Of a DNA stretch of 64,000 bases, positions 30,231 through 39,379 are shown in pieces. Under the pieces are notes generated by a model. It saw only the letters and a program-made list of their open reading frames with translations, was not told the DNA's origin and made no database searches. The stretch comes from Clostridiales bacterium. Lineage in GTDB: Bacteria > Bacillota > Clostridia > Saccharofermentanales > Saccharofermentanaceae. The DNA is taken from assembly GCA_017513085.1 (NCBI GenBank), contig JAFWDK010000027.1:128001-192000 (forward strand), read 5' to 3'. Both the position numbers and the translations under genes were made by a program. The first letter of the stretch is position 1. Every line of letters begins with the position of its first letter.

Positions 30231-31604
30231 ATGGCCAAAGAATACCGTACTATATCGGAAGTTGCCGGACCGCTGATGATGGTCCGTGGCGTCTCGGACG
30301 TCAGCTATAACGAACTGGGTGAGATCGAGCTCAGTAATGGCGAGAAGCGTCGTTGCCGTGTTCTCGAGATCGACGGCAGCAATGCCCTGGTTCAGCTCTT
30401 CGAGAGTGGCGCCGGCATCAACCTTGCCGACAGTAAGGTAAGATTTTCCGGAAAACAGATGGAACTTCCGGTAAGCAAAGATATGCTGGGCCGTGTTTTC
30501 GATGGTCTTGGCCGTCCGATCGACGATGGTCCGGAGATCATCCCGGAGAAGAGAATGGACGTTAATGGTCTGCCGATGAACCCGGCAGCCAGAAACTTCC
30601 CGAACGAGTTTATCCAGACCGGTGTTTCCGCGATCGATGGTCTGAACACTCTGGTTCGTGGCCAGAAGCTCCCGATCTTCTCTGCTTCCGGTCTTCCGCA
30701 CGCTAACCTTGCTGCGCAGATCGCCCGTCAGGCAAAAGTACGTGGCACCGACGAGAACTTCGCCGTTGTATTCGCCGCTATCGGTATTACGTTTGAGGAA
30801 GCAAACTTCTTCATGGATAGTTTCCGTGAAACCGGCGCGATCGATCGTACTGTTCTCTTTATCAACCTTGCTAACGACCCGGCTGTTGAGCGTATCGCAA
30901 CTCCGCGAATGGCGCTGACTGCTGCTGAATATCTGGCATTTGAACTGGATATGCACGTACTGGTAATCCTTACCGATATCACGAACTACGCCGATGCGCT
31001 CCGTGAGGTTTCCGCCGCACGTAAAGAGGTTCCGGGCCGTCGTGGTTATCCGGGTTACATGTACACCGACCTGGCTTCTCTTTACGAGAGAGCCGGCCGC
31101 CAGAAGGGCAAGAAAGGATCCATCACGATGATCCCGATCCTGACCATGCCTGAGGACGATAAGACCCACCCGATCCCTGACCTTACCGGATACATCACAG
31201 AGGGACAGATCATCCTCTCCCGTGACCTCTACCGTAAGGGCGTCATGCCTCCGATCGATGTTCTCCCTTCCCTTTCCCGTCTGAAAGATAAGGGTATCGG
31301 CGAAGGTAAGACACGTGAGGACCACAGTAACACCATGAACCAGCTCTTCTCCGCTTATGCCCGTGGTAAGGAGGCAAAAGAACTTATGGTCATCCTTGGT
31401 GAGGCGGCTCTTACTGATATGGATAAGCTCTACGCGAAGTTCTCGGATGCTTTTGAAAAAGAATATGTATCCCAGGGCTTCAACAAGGATAGAGATATCG
31501 AGGAGACCCTCGACCTTGGCTGGAAGCTTCTCCGTATCCTCCCGAGATCCGAGCACAAGCGTATCAGCGATAAACTCCTGGATAAGTACTACGACGAGAA
31601 ATAA
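30231..31604 (+). CDS. ntpB: V/A-type ATPase subunit B
   Basis: [36 protein letters not shown]. Confidence 0.98.
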   Translation: MAKEYRTISEVAGPLMMVRGVSDVSYNELGEIELSNGEKRRCRVLEIDGSNALVQLFESGAGINLADSKVRFSGKQMELPVSKDMLGRVFDGLGRPIDDGPEIIPEKRMDVNGLPMNPAARNFPNEFIQTGVSAIDGLNTLVRGQKLPIFSASGLPHANLAAQIARQAKVRGTDENFAVVFAAIGITFEEANFFMDSFRETGAIDRTVLFINLANDPAVERIATPRMALTAAEYLAFELDMHVLVILTDITNYADALREVSAARKEVPGRRGYPGYMYTDLASLYERAGRQKGKKGSITMIPILTMPEDDKTHPIPDLTGYITEGQIILSRDLYRKGVMPPIDVLPSLSRLKDKGIGEGKTREDHSNTMNQLFSAYARGKEAKELMVILGEAALTDMDKLYAKFSDAFEKEYVSQGFNKDRDIEETLDLGWKLLRILPRSEHKRISDKLLDKYYDEK

Positions 31605-31621
31605 GAAAGTGATCTGAAAGA

Positions 31622-32317
31622 ATGGCTACCGCTAATGTAAATCCAACCAGAATGGAACTCACACGCTTGAAGAAGCGTCTGATTACTGCGCGCCGCGGAC
31701 ACAAACTCCTGAAGGACAAGCGTGATGAACTCATGCGTCAGTTCCTCGAAGCCGTCCGCGAAAACAAGCGTGTGCGCCGTGAAGTGGAAGCCAAACTGGA
31801 AGTGGCCAACCAGCACATGTCGGTTGCCCGCTCTCTGATGTCGAACCAGGCGATCTCTGTCGCCATGATGTACCACAAGCAGAGCATGTCTCTGGAAGTG
31901 TCCGAGAAGAACGTCATGAGCGTCAAGGTGCCGGTATTTAAGGCACAGTATAAGACCGCAGATGAAGGCGACATTTATTCGTATGGTTATTCTTTCACGC
32001 CGATCGATCTCGATGACGCGATCCTGGCTTTGTCGGATATTATGCCGGACCTCATTGCACTTGCTGAGATCGAGAAAAAGTGTCAGCTCATGGCTTCTGA
32101 AATCGAGAAAACACGTCGTCGTGTTAATGCTCTTGAGCACGTCATGATCCCGGATTACGAGGAAAAGATCCGCTACATCACCATGAAGCTCGATGAGAGC
32201 GAACGTTCCGCTACGACCCGTCTCATGAAGGTCAAGGACATGATGATCGAAAAGACCATCCGCGAGCGTCAGGCGCGTGAGCAGGAACTGGATGTCAAGC
32301 TGGCTGAGGAAGCCTGA
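31622..32317 (+). CDS. ntpD: V/A-type ATPase subunit D
   Basis: NPTRMEL, GHKLLKDKRD, KTRRRVNALE. Confidence 0.97.
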   Translation: MATANVNPTRMELTRLKKRLITARRGHKLLKDKRDELMRQFLEAVRENKRVRREVEAKLEVANQHMSVARSLMSNQAISVAMMYHKQSMSLEVSEKNVMSVKVPVFKAQYKTADEGDIYSYGYSFTPIDLDDAILALSDIMPDLIALAEIEKKCQLMASEIEKTRRRVNALEHVMIPDYEEKIRYITMKLDESERSATTRLMKVKDMMIEKTIRERQAREQELDVKLAEEA

Positions 32318-32474
32318 GGATTTCTGAGACAATCTGAGGGATTCTGACAATTTATTTGTTTAGTATGCAGAAATGTGATATTTGTTTTTCCTATTATATG
32401 ATTTTTCTTTTTCATTCTGCTTTGTAGATATCTTTGTTGCGCTTTGCAATTGTTACACAGCTTGAGATATCTAC

Positions 32475-32552
32475 TTTTCGGACTATATAAAAAGCCCGAA
32501 AAATACTACGGTCAACCGATATAAAAAACGGGGTTTTTATATATGCCGGAAA
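32475..32552. repeat. ~78-bp imperfect palindrome, copy 2 of a dispersed repeat
   Basis: Arms around a TCAA loop; shares GACTATA, CTACGGT.AACCG and GGTTTTTATATATGCCGGAAA with 7302-7380. Confidence 0.75.
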
Positions 32553-32751
32553 GAGGATAATCATGCTGATCAACGGGCTTTTCCCAGGTGTTTTGCTGGT
32601 GATGAGCGGAATCAACCATGATGACCGGATCTTGCGCAAAGCCGAGCAGGCTGCGATTCCGGAGCTTCTGAGATTCAGAATTATCGAGCCTGATGTGCGT
32701 CACGACGTTTGGGATGATGAATATAGTATGGATCTTTCTCAGCAGTAAGTT

Positions 32752-33960
32752 TCATTTCTTCCCGAGAAGCGGTGCAGAGACGCGTGGGAGGATGCCTTGC
32801 ATGTGAGCGAGGATGACGCCGTAATTAGTGATCGGCACGCCGGCGCTCTGGCAGATGCGGATGCGGTGCATCATCTCTCTGGGATTGAGCATGCAGCCGC
32901 CGCAGTGGATCACGAGATCAAACTCGGAAAGATTGTCCGGGAAAGAATCGCCGGAAGACCACTCAAAGTGGAAGTTTTTACCGGTTGTCCTGGTAATCAT
33001 CTTCGGAAGCTTCACGGTTCCGATATCGTTGCACTGACGATGGTGTGTGCACCCCTCCGAAATCAGGATATGAGCACCATCTTCAAGAGAATCCAGTGTT
33101 TTGGCAGAAAGGATCGCTTCACCAAGATCTCCTTTGTATCTAGCAAACAGCATGGAGAATGAGGTCAACGGAATCTCCTGCGGGACAATCTCATTAACTT
33201 CCTTGAAGGCCTGACTGTCTGTAACGACCAACTTCGGCGGTTTGCCAAGAGACTCCAGAACCTTAGAGAGCTCAGGGACCTGCGTAACTACCGCGATGGC
33301 GCTGCTGTCCAGGACATCTCGAAGTGTCTGCTGCTGCGGAAGGATCAGGCGTCCTTTTGGCGCGGATTCATCGATCGGCGTAACCAGAACTACAATATCG
33401 CCTTCGGATATCAGATCCGCGATGATCTTTCGGCCGTTTGTCGGATCGACCACCAGATGGCCGACCATTTCTTTCAGATCGTTAATGTTGATCTTGTCGG
33501 AAGCGGACACCCAGATACTATCTTGCGCCACCTCTTTCGTGCGGCCTTTTCCTATACGCTGCTGGACAAGGTCGAGTTTGTTATATACCGTGATGTACGG
33601 AAGATTTCTGTCTTTGAACATTTTCATCAGCATGCGGTCGCCATCAGTAAGACCGATCGTGCCGTCTACCACGTGGATCGCGATGTCGACTTTCGCCATG
33701 ACCTCTTTGCACTTGGTCACACGAAGGGCACCCAATTCACCCTCATCGTCGATACCGGGCGTGTCCACGATCATGACCGGGCCCAGAGGGAGGAGTTCCA
33801 TTGCCTTATAGACCGGATCTGTCGTTGTCCCTTTTACATCTGAAACGATCGCGATCTCCTGGTTGGTAAAAGCATTTACAACACTGGATTTTCCGGCATT
33901 ACGCATACCAAAGAATCCGATATAGATACGCTCTCCGCGTGGTGTTGATGAAAGGCTCAT
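32752..33960 (-). CDS. hydF: [FeFe]-hydrogenase H-cluster maturation GTPase HydF
   Basis: GMRNAGKSS, GTTTDPV, DTPG, NKLD, APKGRLILPQ, CTHH, HCGGC. Confidence 0.96.
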   Translation of the reverse strand: MSLSSTPRGERIYIGFFGMRNAGKSSVVNAFTNQEIAIVSDVKGTTTDPVYKAMELLPLGPVMIVDTPGIDDEGELGALRVTKCKEVMAKVDIAIHVVDGTIGLTDGDRMLMKMFKDRNLPYITVYNKLDLVQQRIGKGRTKEVAQDSIWVSASDKININDLKEMVGHLVVDPTNGRKIIADLISEGDIVVLVTPIDESAPKGRLILPQQQTLRDVLDSSAIAVVTQVPELSKVLESLGKPPKLVVTDSQAFKEVNEIVPQEIPLTSFSMLFARYKGDLGEAILSAKTLDSLEDGAHILISEGCTHHRQCNDIGTVKLPKMITRTTGKNFHFEWSSGDSFPDNLSEFDLVIHCGGCMLNPREMMHRIRICQSAGVPITNYGVILAHMQGILPRVSAPLLGKK

Positions 33961-34046
33961 AAGCGTATTTCCCCTCTTCTCAAGATATGTTTATTGTACT
34001 AGAAGAGTAACATCTTTCTCAAGTAGTGAAAGTCTCCTCTTATTGC

Positions 34047-35333
34047 TTAAGAAGCGGAATACTGAAGTTTATACAATTCTAACAAAGCGTACAAATACAT
34101 ATCTTCTTGTGTTTCAATTAAGCATTCTGAATCACCCAAACTGATGTCCGTGATATCCTCTTCATAGGGTTTCGATAAATCAATAACTCTATCGTACAGA
34201 TATTTGCATGTAGTAATTATCATCATTGAAACCCAAAATGTAACATCATACTCCATCGTATCTACATGAGAACAATAAGCCCATACCTCATCAAGCGGTG
34301 GATTGATTTCTCCCTTAGGAGTCTCCATTTCTAAATAATCACGAATAGTGGTATCGAGACTGCATTTTTCATCATTTGAAACGATTATTGAAACCTGCTT
34401 ATTCAGTCTAGTAAAAACCAGCGGATCAAATTCAACTCGGTAGTTCGAATATTCATTAAATCCCCTGTGAAAATACTTTGCTCCATCATAGAGGAAGCTG
34501 ACAGAACATAACTGTTTTTCATGTGTTTTTTCGTCAAACATCTTTATACTTTTGTTGATCCAATCAGAATCTGAGAAAGACATGACAGAGAATTTCTTTA
34601 ACTCAAGTATTTTCTTCCTTATAGTTTTATTGCATTTACAAAAAGCCGTATACATTGGTCGAACAAAGTTATGCAACGGATCTATAAATGAAGCTATCTG
34701 GCACAATGGAAGAAGCCCTATTTCTTTCTCATATGTAATACAAAATTCCTGCGCTTCTCTATATATAGAGTCTTTATTCTTCGATGGCACGAGTCCTGCA
34801 TTTTTACGTGATTTGCCCATTCGTTTTTCTATTTGAGAAAAGAATTTCTCATTAAGCTCATGAACATTCTTTTCAGCGTTAGAATTATCATTAGATTTTA
34901 AAACATACAAAAATACTCCAGCCAAAAATACATCCTCAGCTACACTTTTTTCTCGAATATCTTTCTTAGTGATTGGGGTTATAACATCAACTTTACATTC
35001 GTCATTTGTTTCATCATCGTTCTCTATTAGCTTATATAAAGCCTCCATCAAAACTGGCATTTTGTTCTGATCAATTAACGGGATTACTTCTTCTGTAAAA
35101 TGAGATATCAACTTAGGATAATTATTCGAAGTATAACTTAAACCATCTTCAACAACATAGTCCGGGGGATTCTTCCTACCAGCAACTAAATTAGATATAA
35201 GGCTATCGTCAGTCTCATCAAATTGATTGGAGTGAAAATGCATAATCGTTCCAACCAGACGCTTTTGTGTACAAGATTTTGATTTGTAACGAACCAGAAT
35301 TGTCAAATATGTTCCCAAACACAATTTGCTCAT
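34047..35333 (-). CDS. Hypothetical protein (428 aa), possible N-terminal HTH-like region
   Basis: Long AT-rich ORF with purine-rich RBS; QKRLV...DSLISNLVAGRKNP resembles a cro/XRE recognition helix. Confidence 0.75.
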   Translation of the reverse strand: MSKLCLGTYLTILVRYKSKSCTQKRLVGTIMHFHSNQFDETDDSLISNLVAGRKNPPDYVVEDGLSYTSNNYPKLISHFTEEVIPLIDQNKMPVLMEALYKLIENDDETNDECKVDVITPITKKDIREKSVAEDVFLAGVFLYVLKSNDNSNAEKNVHELNEKFFSQIEKRMGKSRKNAGLVPSKNKDSIYREAQEFCITYEKEIGLLPLCQIASFIDPLHNFVRPMYTAFCKCNKTIRKKILELKKFSVMSFSDSDWINKSIKMFDEKTHEKQLCSVSFLYDGAKYFHRGFNEYSNYRVEFDPLVFTRLNKQVSIIVSNDEKCSLDTTIRDYLEMETPKGEINPPLDEVWAYCSHVDTMEYDVTFWVSMMIITTCKYLYDRVIDLSKPYEEDITDISLGDSECLIETQEDMYLYALLELYKLQYSAS

Positions 35334-35491
35334 ATCCTTTCCCCCTGTCTACCCTAGATTATACGGCTTTTCACGAAACAAGTCTCGGGAAAGTTTCAGT
35401 CATGTTTTTCAATTCAGACACAATTTAAAATGTTGGCAATAACACCAGGATCCTTGTGTTTATATTTCTTTTTTCAGGAGGATAAACACAC

Positions 35492-36214
35492 ATGAAAAGT
35501 GTTAATAATCGGCCGCCTCGAAAAGGCTGCAAAGACATTTGGAATGCATTTATGGTTAAAGATGCGTCATTCGATGTTGGTACAGATATGCCAATTTGTA
35601 TTTCAACTGACATTATACCTGTATCGCTCATTTCGTTCGAGGATGCAAAAACCATTTATAAAAAGGAGATGAAACTTAAGCATAATAATTTCTTTATCAA
35701 TACCTTCATACATTTCTACATCGATGATCAGAAATTTGATGGGAAACGCACAAGCATTTGGACGTATCCAAATCAGGCACTTAAGATCATACGCCATTTT
35801 GCCGGCATAATAACACCTGATTTTTCAACATATGCAGATTTCCCCAAACCCGTCAAATACTTTAACACTTATCGCATGCGAGCATTTGGATGCTGGATGA
35901 ACGTGTTAGAAATCCCTGCTATTAACAATGTTCGTTGGGGAACATATGAAACCTGGGAATATTGCTTTGCTGGTATTCCAAAAGGAAGCACTGTTGCAAT
36001 CGGTTCAGTGGCAAGCGGTATCAGAAAACTAAACAATCGCCCGCTTTTTGAAGAAGGGCTAAAGAAAATGGTATCCGTCATATCTCCAAAACGCATAATC
36101 GTCTATGGCTCTTCAAATTACCCCTGTCTTCAGAATCTTCGAAAAACCGGCATAGAGATAGTTTCCATTCCGAGCAAGACAAGTCTGGCGTATAAGGAGG
36201 TGTCTAATGAGTAA
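35492..36214 (+). CDS. DUF4417 domain protein
   Basis: HFYIDDQKF, ITPDFSTYADFP, NTYR, NVRWG, GIPKGSTVAI, PKRIIVYG. Confidence 0.88.
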   Translation: MKSVNNRPPRKGCKDIWNAFMVKDASFDVGTDMPICISTDIIPVSLISFEDAKTIYKKEMKLKHNNFFINTFIHFYIDDQKFDGKRTSIWTYPNQALKIIRHFAGIITPDFSTYADFPKPVKYFNTYRMRAFGCWMNVLEIPAINNVRWGTYETWEYCFAGIPKGSTVAIGSVASGIRKLNNRPLFEEGLKKMVSVISPKRIIVYGSSNYPCLQNLRKTGIEIVSIPSKTSLAYKEVSNE

Positions 36215-36782
36215 ATCTAACAGTGGGCTTTTCTCTGGTACGAACGGAGACAAACTGACACGTTATACTCGCACTGTAGGAAATCTCAGGCAAAAGATTC
36301 CGGAAAGTGATATTATAGCAAGTAGAGTAGCGGGCCTTGATCTTCATGAGCATCCTTTGAAATATAAGCAGTTATCTTCCAAAAAGATGAAACAGTTAAG
36401 CAAGAAAGTTGCTACACGCACGTTGACACAGCACGAGTATAAATCATATGATTCGAATATGCGATTATTGAAAAGACGTGAAAAAGGTGTGGATTCCTTT
36501 TGGAAGCAAGAGACACAACGAATCATTGCAGGCGCTCCCACCACAAGAAACTGGAGTCCGGAGCAAAGAAATGACATAATTCATAATCGTCGGCCGAAAG
36601 AGAATGGAAAAACTCTGCAAGGTCACCATACCTATAGTGTCGCTAAGTATCCGCACTTGGCAAATCGTGGAGAAGTAGTATTTCCTGCAACTTTTAATGA
36701 ACACTTATATGGATGGCACGGAGGTAATATCAAGAAGTCATTGCCGGGTCAACCAATAAACCCTAGTAAACTTCGTAGATAG
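36207..36782 (+). CDS. Small polymorphic-toxin-like nuclease with Tox-GHH (HNH/EndoVII fold) domain
   Basis: FWKQE...RNWSPEQR...LQGHHTYSVAKYPHLA...NEHLYGWHGG; AAGGAGG RBS; start overlaps the DUF4417 stop. Confidence 0.82.
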   Translation: MSKSNSGLFSGTNGDKLTRYTRTVGNLRQKIPESDIIASRVAGLDLHEHPLKYKQLSSKKMKQLSKKVATRTLTQHEYKSYDSNMRLLKRREKGVDSFWKQETQRIIAGAPTTRNWSPEQRNDIIHNRRPKENGKTLQGHHTYSVAKYPHLANRGEVVFPATFNEHLYGWHGGNIKKSLPGQPINPSKLRR

Positions 36783-36795
36783 TAGGAGGAAAAAA

Positions 36796-37155
36796 ATGCA
36801 AAACATAGATGTTATGGATAACATAGGAATTAAGATTACTCATTTTACTTCCCTCTCAAAAACCATCGGGATTTTAAGAAAGTATCGAAATGACTCTATG
36901 AGTACTATCAAATCTGATATCGAGTCAAGTGATTTTGTCTTTGCATGTGATTATACCGATGATGAAGGACTTGTAAAACTCATCAATTGTTATGATGAGC
37001 TTGTAGCATGTGGTTGTAATGTAGTCATATATGATCTTGGTCGTATTGGCTCTAGAGAATTACTTTGCAATCTGCATGAGTCTCACGAAATAACACATAT
37101 GGAAACATTAGCAGAGATAGATGCTGAGTTAAATGATGCTGAAAATGACGAATGA
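36796..37155 (+). CDS. Putative cognate immunity protein
   Basis: Small acidic protein 13 nt after the toxin stop, strong AGGAGG RBS. Confidence 0.6.
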   Translation: MQNIDVMDNIGIKITHFTSLSKTIGILRKYRNDSMSTIKSDIESSDFVFACDYTDDEGLVKLINCYDELVACGCNVVIYDLGRIGSRELLCNLHESHEITHMETLAEIDAELNDAENDE

Positions 37156-37181
37156 CAGCATATCGGGAAGATTACCTTGGC

Positions 37182-37220
37182 AAAGGGTGTATAGGCGTTA
37201 TAGATACCTATACACCCTTT
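37182..37220. terminator. Hairpin terminator closing the toxin operon
   Basis: AAAGGGTGTATAGG-11 nt-CCTATACACCCTTT perfect 14-bp inverted repeat. Confidence 0.7.
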
Positions 37221-37273
37221 CTTGAAAATGTGGTACATTAAATGTAGTTTTCGAGGGTTCCCAGGGGGTGGGT

Positions 37274-38413
37274 ATGAAGATACGTTTTGACGGGTTGACG
37301 AAGCGTTTTCCCAATCGTAATAAGAAGATCAAGTCCGAGGTCGTGGCAGTAGATAATTTCTGCTTTGAGATCCCGGATGGTAAGCTGGTGGGCCTTCTCG
37401 GTCCTTCCGGTTGTGGTAAGAGTACAGCGCTGAACCTGATCTGCGGCCTGGAGACACCGACGGAGGGAAAGATCTTTTTCGACGATGACGATGTCACCGA
37501 TCTTCCTGCAGAGAACCGTGGTGTCGGTATGGTCTTTCAGAGTTACGCCCTCTACCCTCACCTGACCGTGAAGAAAAATATCATGTTCCCTCTTCAGAAC
37601 TTGAAGGGCGAACAGAAAATGACAAAAGAGCAGATGGAGGCCAAGGCTCTGGAAGCAGCGAAGATCGTACAGATTGAAGAACTGATGGACAGAAAGCCAA
37701 GTGAAATGAGCGGAGGTCAGCAGCAGCGTGTAGCTATAGCCCGTGCTCTGGTCAAGATGCCTCGCGTGTTGCTTCTGGACGAACCTCTTTCCAACCTGGA
37801 CGCACGTCTCCGTATCCAGACAAGAGAAGAGATCAAGCGCATCCAAAACACCACAAAGATCACGACCGTATTTGTTACGCATGACCAGGAAGAAGCTATG
37901 AGCATTTCCGACCTGATCGTGGTCATGAAGGACGGCGCCGTGCACCAGATCGGCAAGCCCCAGGAAGTATATGACGCGCCGGTCAATCTGTTCGTGGCAA
38001 AATTCCTTGGCACGCCGCCGATCAACGTCTTTACCGGGAAAATCAAGGACGGAAAGCTTATTCTTGGAGAGGATACCATCCTGGGGAAAGACTATGTGAA
38101 GGATACAAAGGATCAGGAAGTCTTCATCGGCATCCGTCCGGAAGGCTTCATTCTCCGCGAGAATAAAGAGAAAAAAGATAATCTGGACGGAAAAAACGGC
38201 GTATTCCATGCCGATCTTCTGGCTATCGAAGTCATGGGCAGAGATACCAGCGTTGTCTTCTCTCACTGTTCTTCCGAAATTGAAGGAACAAGACTTCGTG
38301 CTATCGTATCTTCTGACAACCAGATCGATCCGGAAAGCAAGAAAGTCGCCTTTGATGTGAATCCGAAGAAAGTCTTTGTTTTCTCAAAAGAAACGCAGGA
38401 GCGTCTGCTATGA
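37274..38413 (+). CDS. CUT1 ABC importer ATP-binding protein (MsmX/UgpC-like)
   Basis: GPSGCGKST, VFQSYALYPHL, MSGGQQQR, DEPLSNLDA, VTHDQEEA. Confidence 0.95.
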   Translation: MKIRFDGLTKRFPNRNKKIKSEVVAVDNFCFEIPDGKLVGLLGPSGCGKSTALNLICGLETPTEGKIFFDDDDVTDLPAENRGVGMVFQSYALYPHLTVKKNIMFPLQNLKGEQKMTKEQMEAKALEAAKIVQIEELMDRKPSEMSGGQQQRVAIARALVKMPRVLLLDEPLSNLDARLRIQTREEIKRIQNTTKITTVFVTHDQEEAMSISDLIVVMKDGAVHQIGKPQEVYDAPVNLFVAKFLGTPPINVFTGKIKDGKLILGEDTILGKDYVKDTKDQEVFIGIRPEGFILRENKEKKDNLDGKNGVFHADLLAIEVMGRDTSVVFSHCSSEIEGTRLRAIVSSDNQIDPESKKVAFDVNPKKVFVFSKETQERLL

Positions 38414-39363
38414 GCGTGCAGCAGGATACAAAACTACAACCGGCCAAAGCCAGGAGCAACGCGAAGTTACTGAAGAAACTGAACGCTTTCAAAGCATGGC
38501 TGTACCTTCTCCCCGCGCTGGTCTTCCTCGGCATCTTTATGGTCTACCCTCTGATCGACGTTCTGGTCTATTCTTTTGAAGAGGGATACAATTCCGCGTC
38601 CCAGACCTCTTTCGGCACAGGATGGTTCAATTATGCCTATGTCCTGCACGACCCGTATTTTCTACAGGCCGTGAAGAATACGTTCATCATCGTAATCATC
38701 ACAGTGCCGCTTTCGACACTTCTGGCACTTCTCATTTCCTTGGCACTGAATTCCATCAAGAAACTCAAGGAAGTCTTCCAGACGATCTTCTTTCTTCCCT
38801 ACGTGACCAATACGCTGGCTGTAGGTCTTGTCTTTATGATCATGTTCAAAAAGACCCCGTACACGGATGGCCTCATCAACATGATCCTCGCCATCTTTAA
38901 GCGCGGTCCTGTCGACTTTATCGATGGTCCGTACTGGGCCAAGATGTTCGTCATGTGCTTCTATACGATCTGGGTCGTACTTCCCTTTAAAGTCCTGATC
39001 CTGACGTCGGCTCTTGCTTCCGTTGACGAGGTCTACTACAAAGCCGCCAAGATCGACGGCACTTCCCGCTTCCGTATGTTTACACATATCACGCTTCCGA
39101 TGATCTCCCCCATGATCTTCTATCTTGTGATCACCGGCTTCATCGGTGCTTTTAAAGCATATAGTGACGAGGTGGCCATCTTCGGTACGAACCTCAATTC
39201 TGCCGGCATGAATACCATCGTCGGATACGTTTATGACATGCTCTACGGTGACTCAGGCGGATACCCGTCTTACGCCGCCGCAGCTGCGCTGATCCTCTTT
39301 GCCATCGTCTTTACGATCACGGTGGTCAACCTTCTGATCAGCAAAAAAACTTCCATACGGTGA
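38410..39363 (+). CDS. CUT1 ABC importer permease (UgpA/MalF-like)
   Basis: FFLPYVT, YKAAKIDG EAA-like loop, ITLPMISP. Confidence 0.92.
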   Translation: MSVQQDTKLQPAKARSNAKLLKKLNAFKAWLYLLPALVFLGIFMVYPLIDVLVYSFEEGYNSASQTSFGTGWFNYAYVLHDPYFLQAVKNTFIIVIITVPLSTLLALLISLALNSIKKLKEVFQTIFFLPYVTNTLAVGLVFMIMFKKTPYTDGLINMILAIFKRGPVDFIDGPYWAKMFVMCFYTIWVVLPFKVLILTSALASVDEVYYKAAKIDGTSRFRMFTHITLPMISPMIFYLVITGFIGAFKAYSDEVAIFGTNLNSAGMNTIVGYVYDMLYGDSGGYPSYAAAAALILFAIVFTITVVNLLISKKTSIR

Positions 39364-39379
39364 AAGGGGGGCGTGATGT

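Larger units (their letters stand above)
33990..37240. mobile_element. AT-rich horizontally acquired islet (four genes, no integrase); boundaries approximate
   Basis: Visible drop in GC and change of codon usage between hydF and the CUT1 ABC operon. Confidence 0.65.

Noticed and set aside
28767-32350. Long minus-strand ORFs opposite ntpA, ntpB and ntpD
   Set aside because: Typical shadows of highly expressed, codon-biased genes
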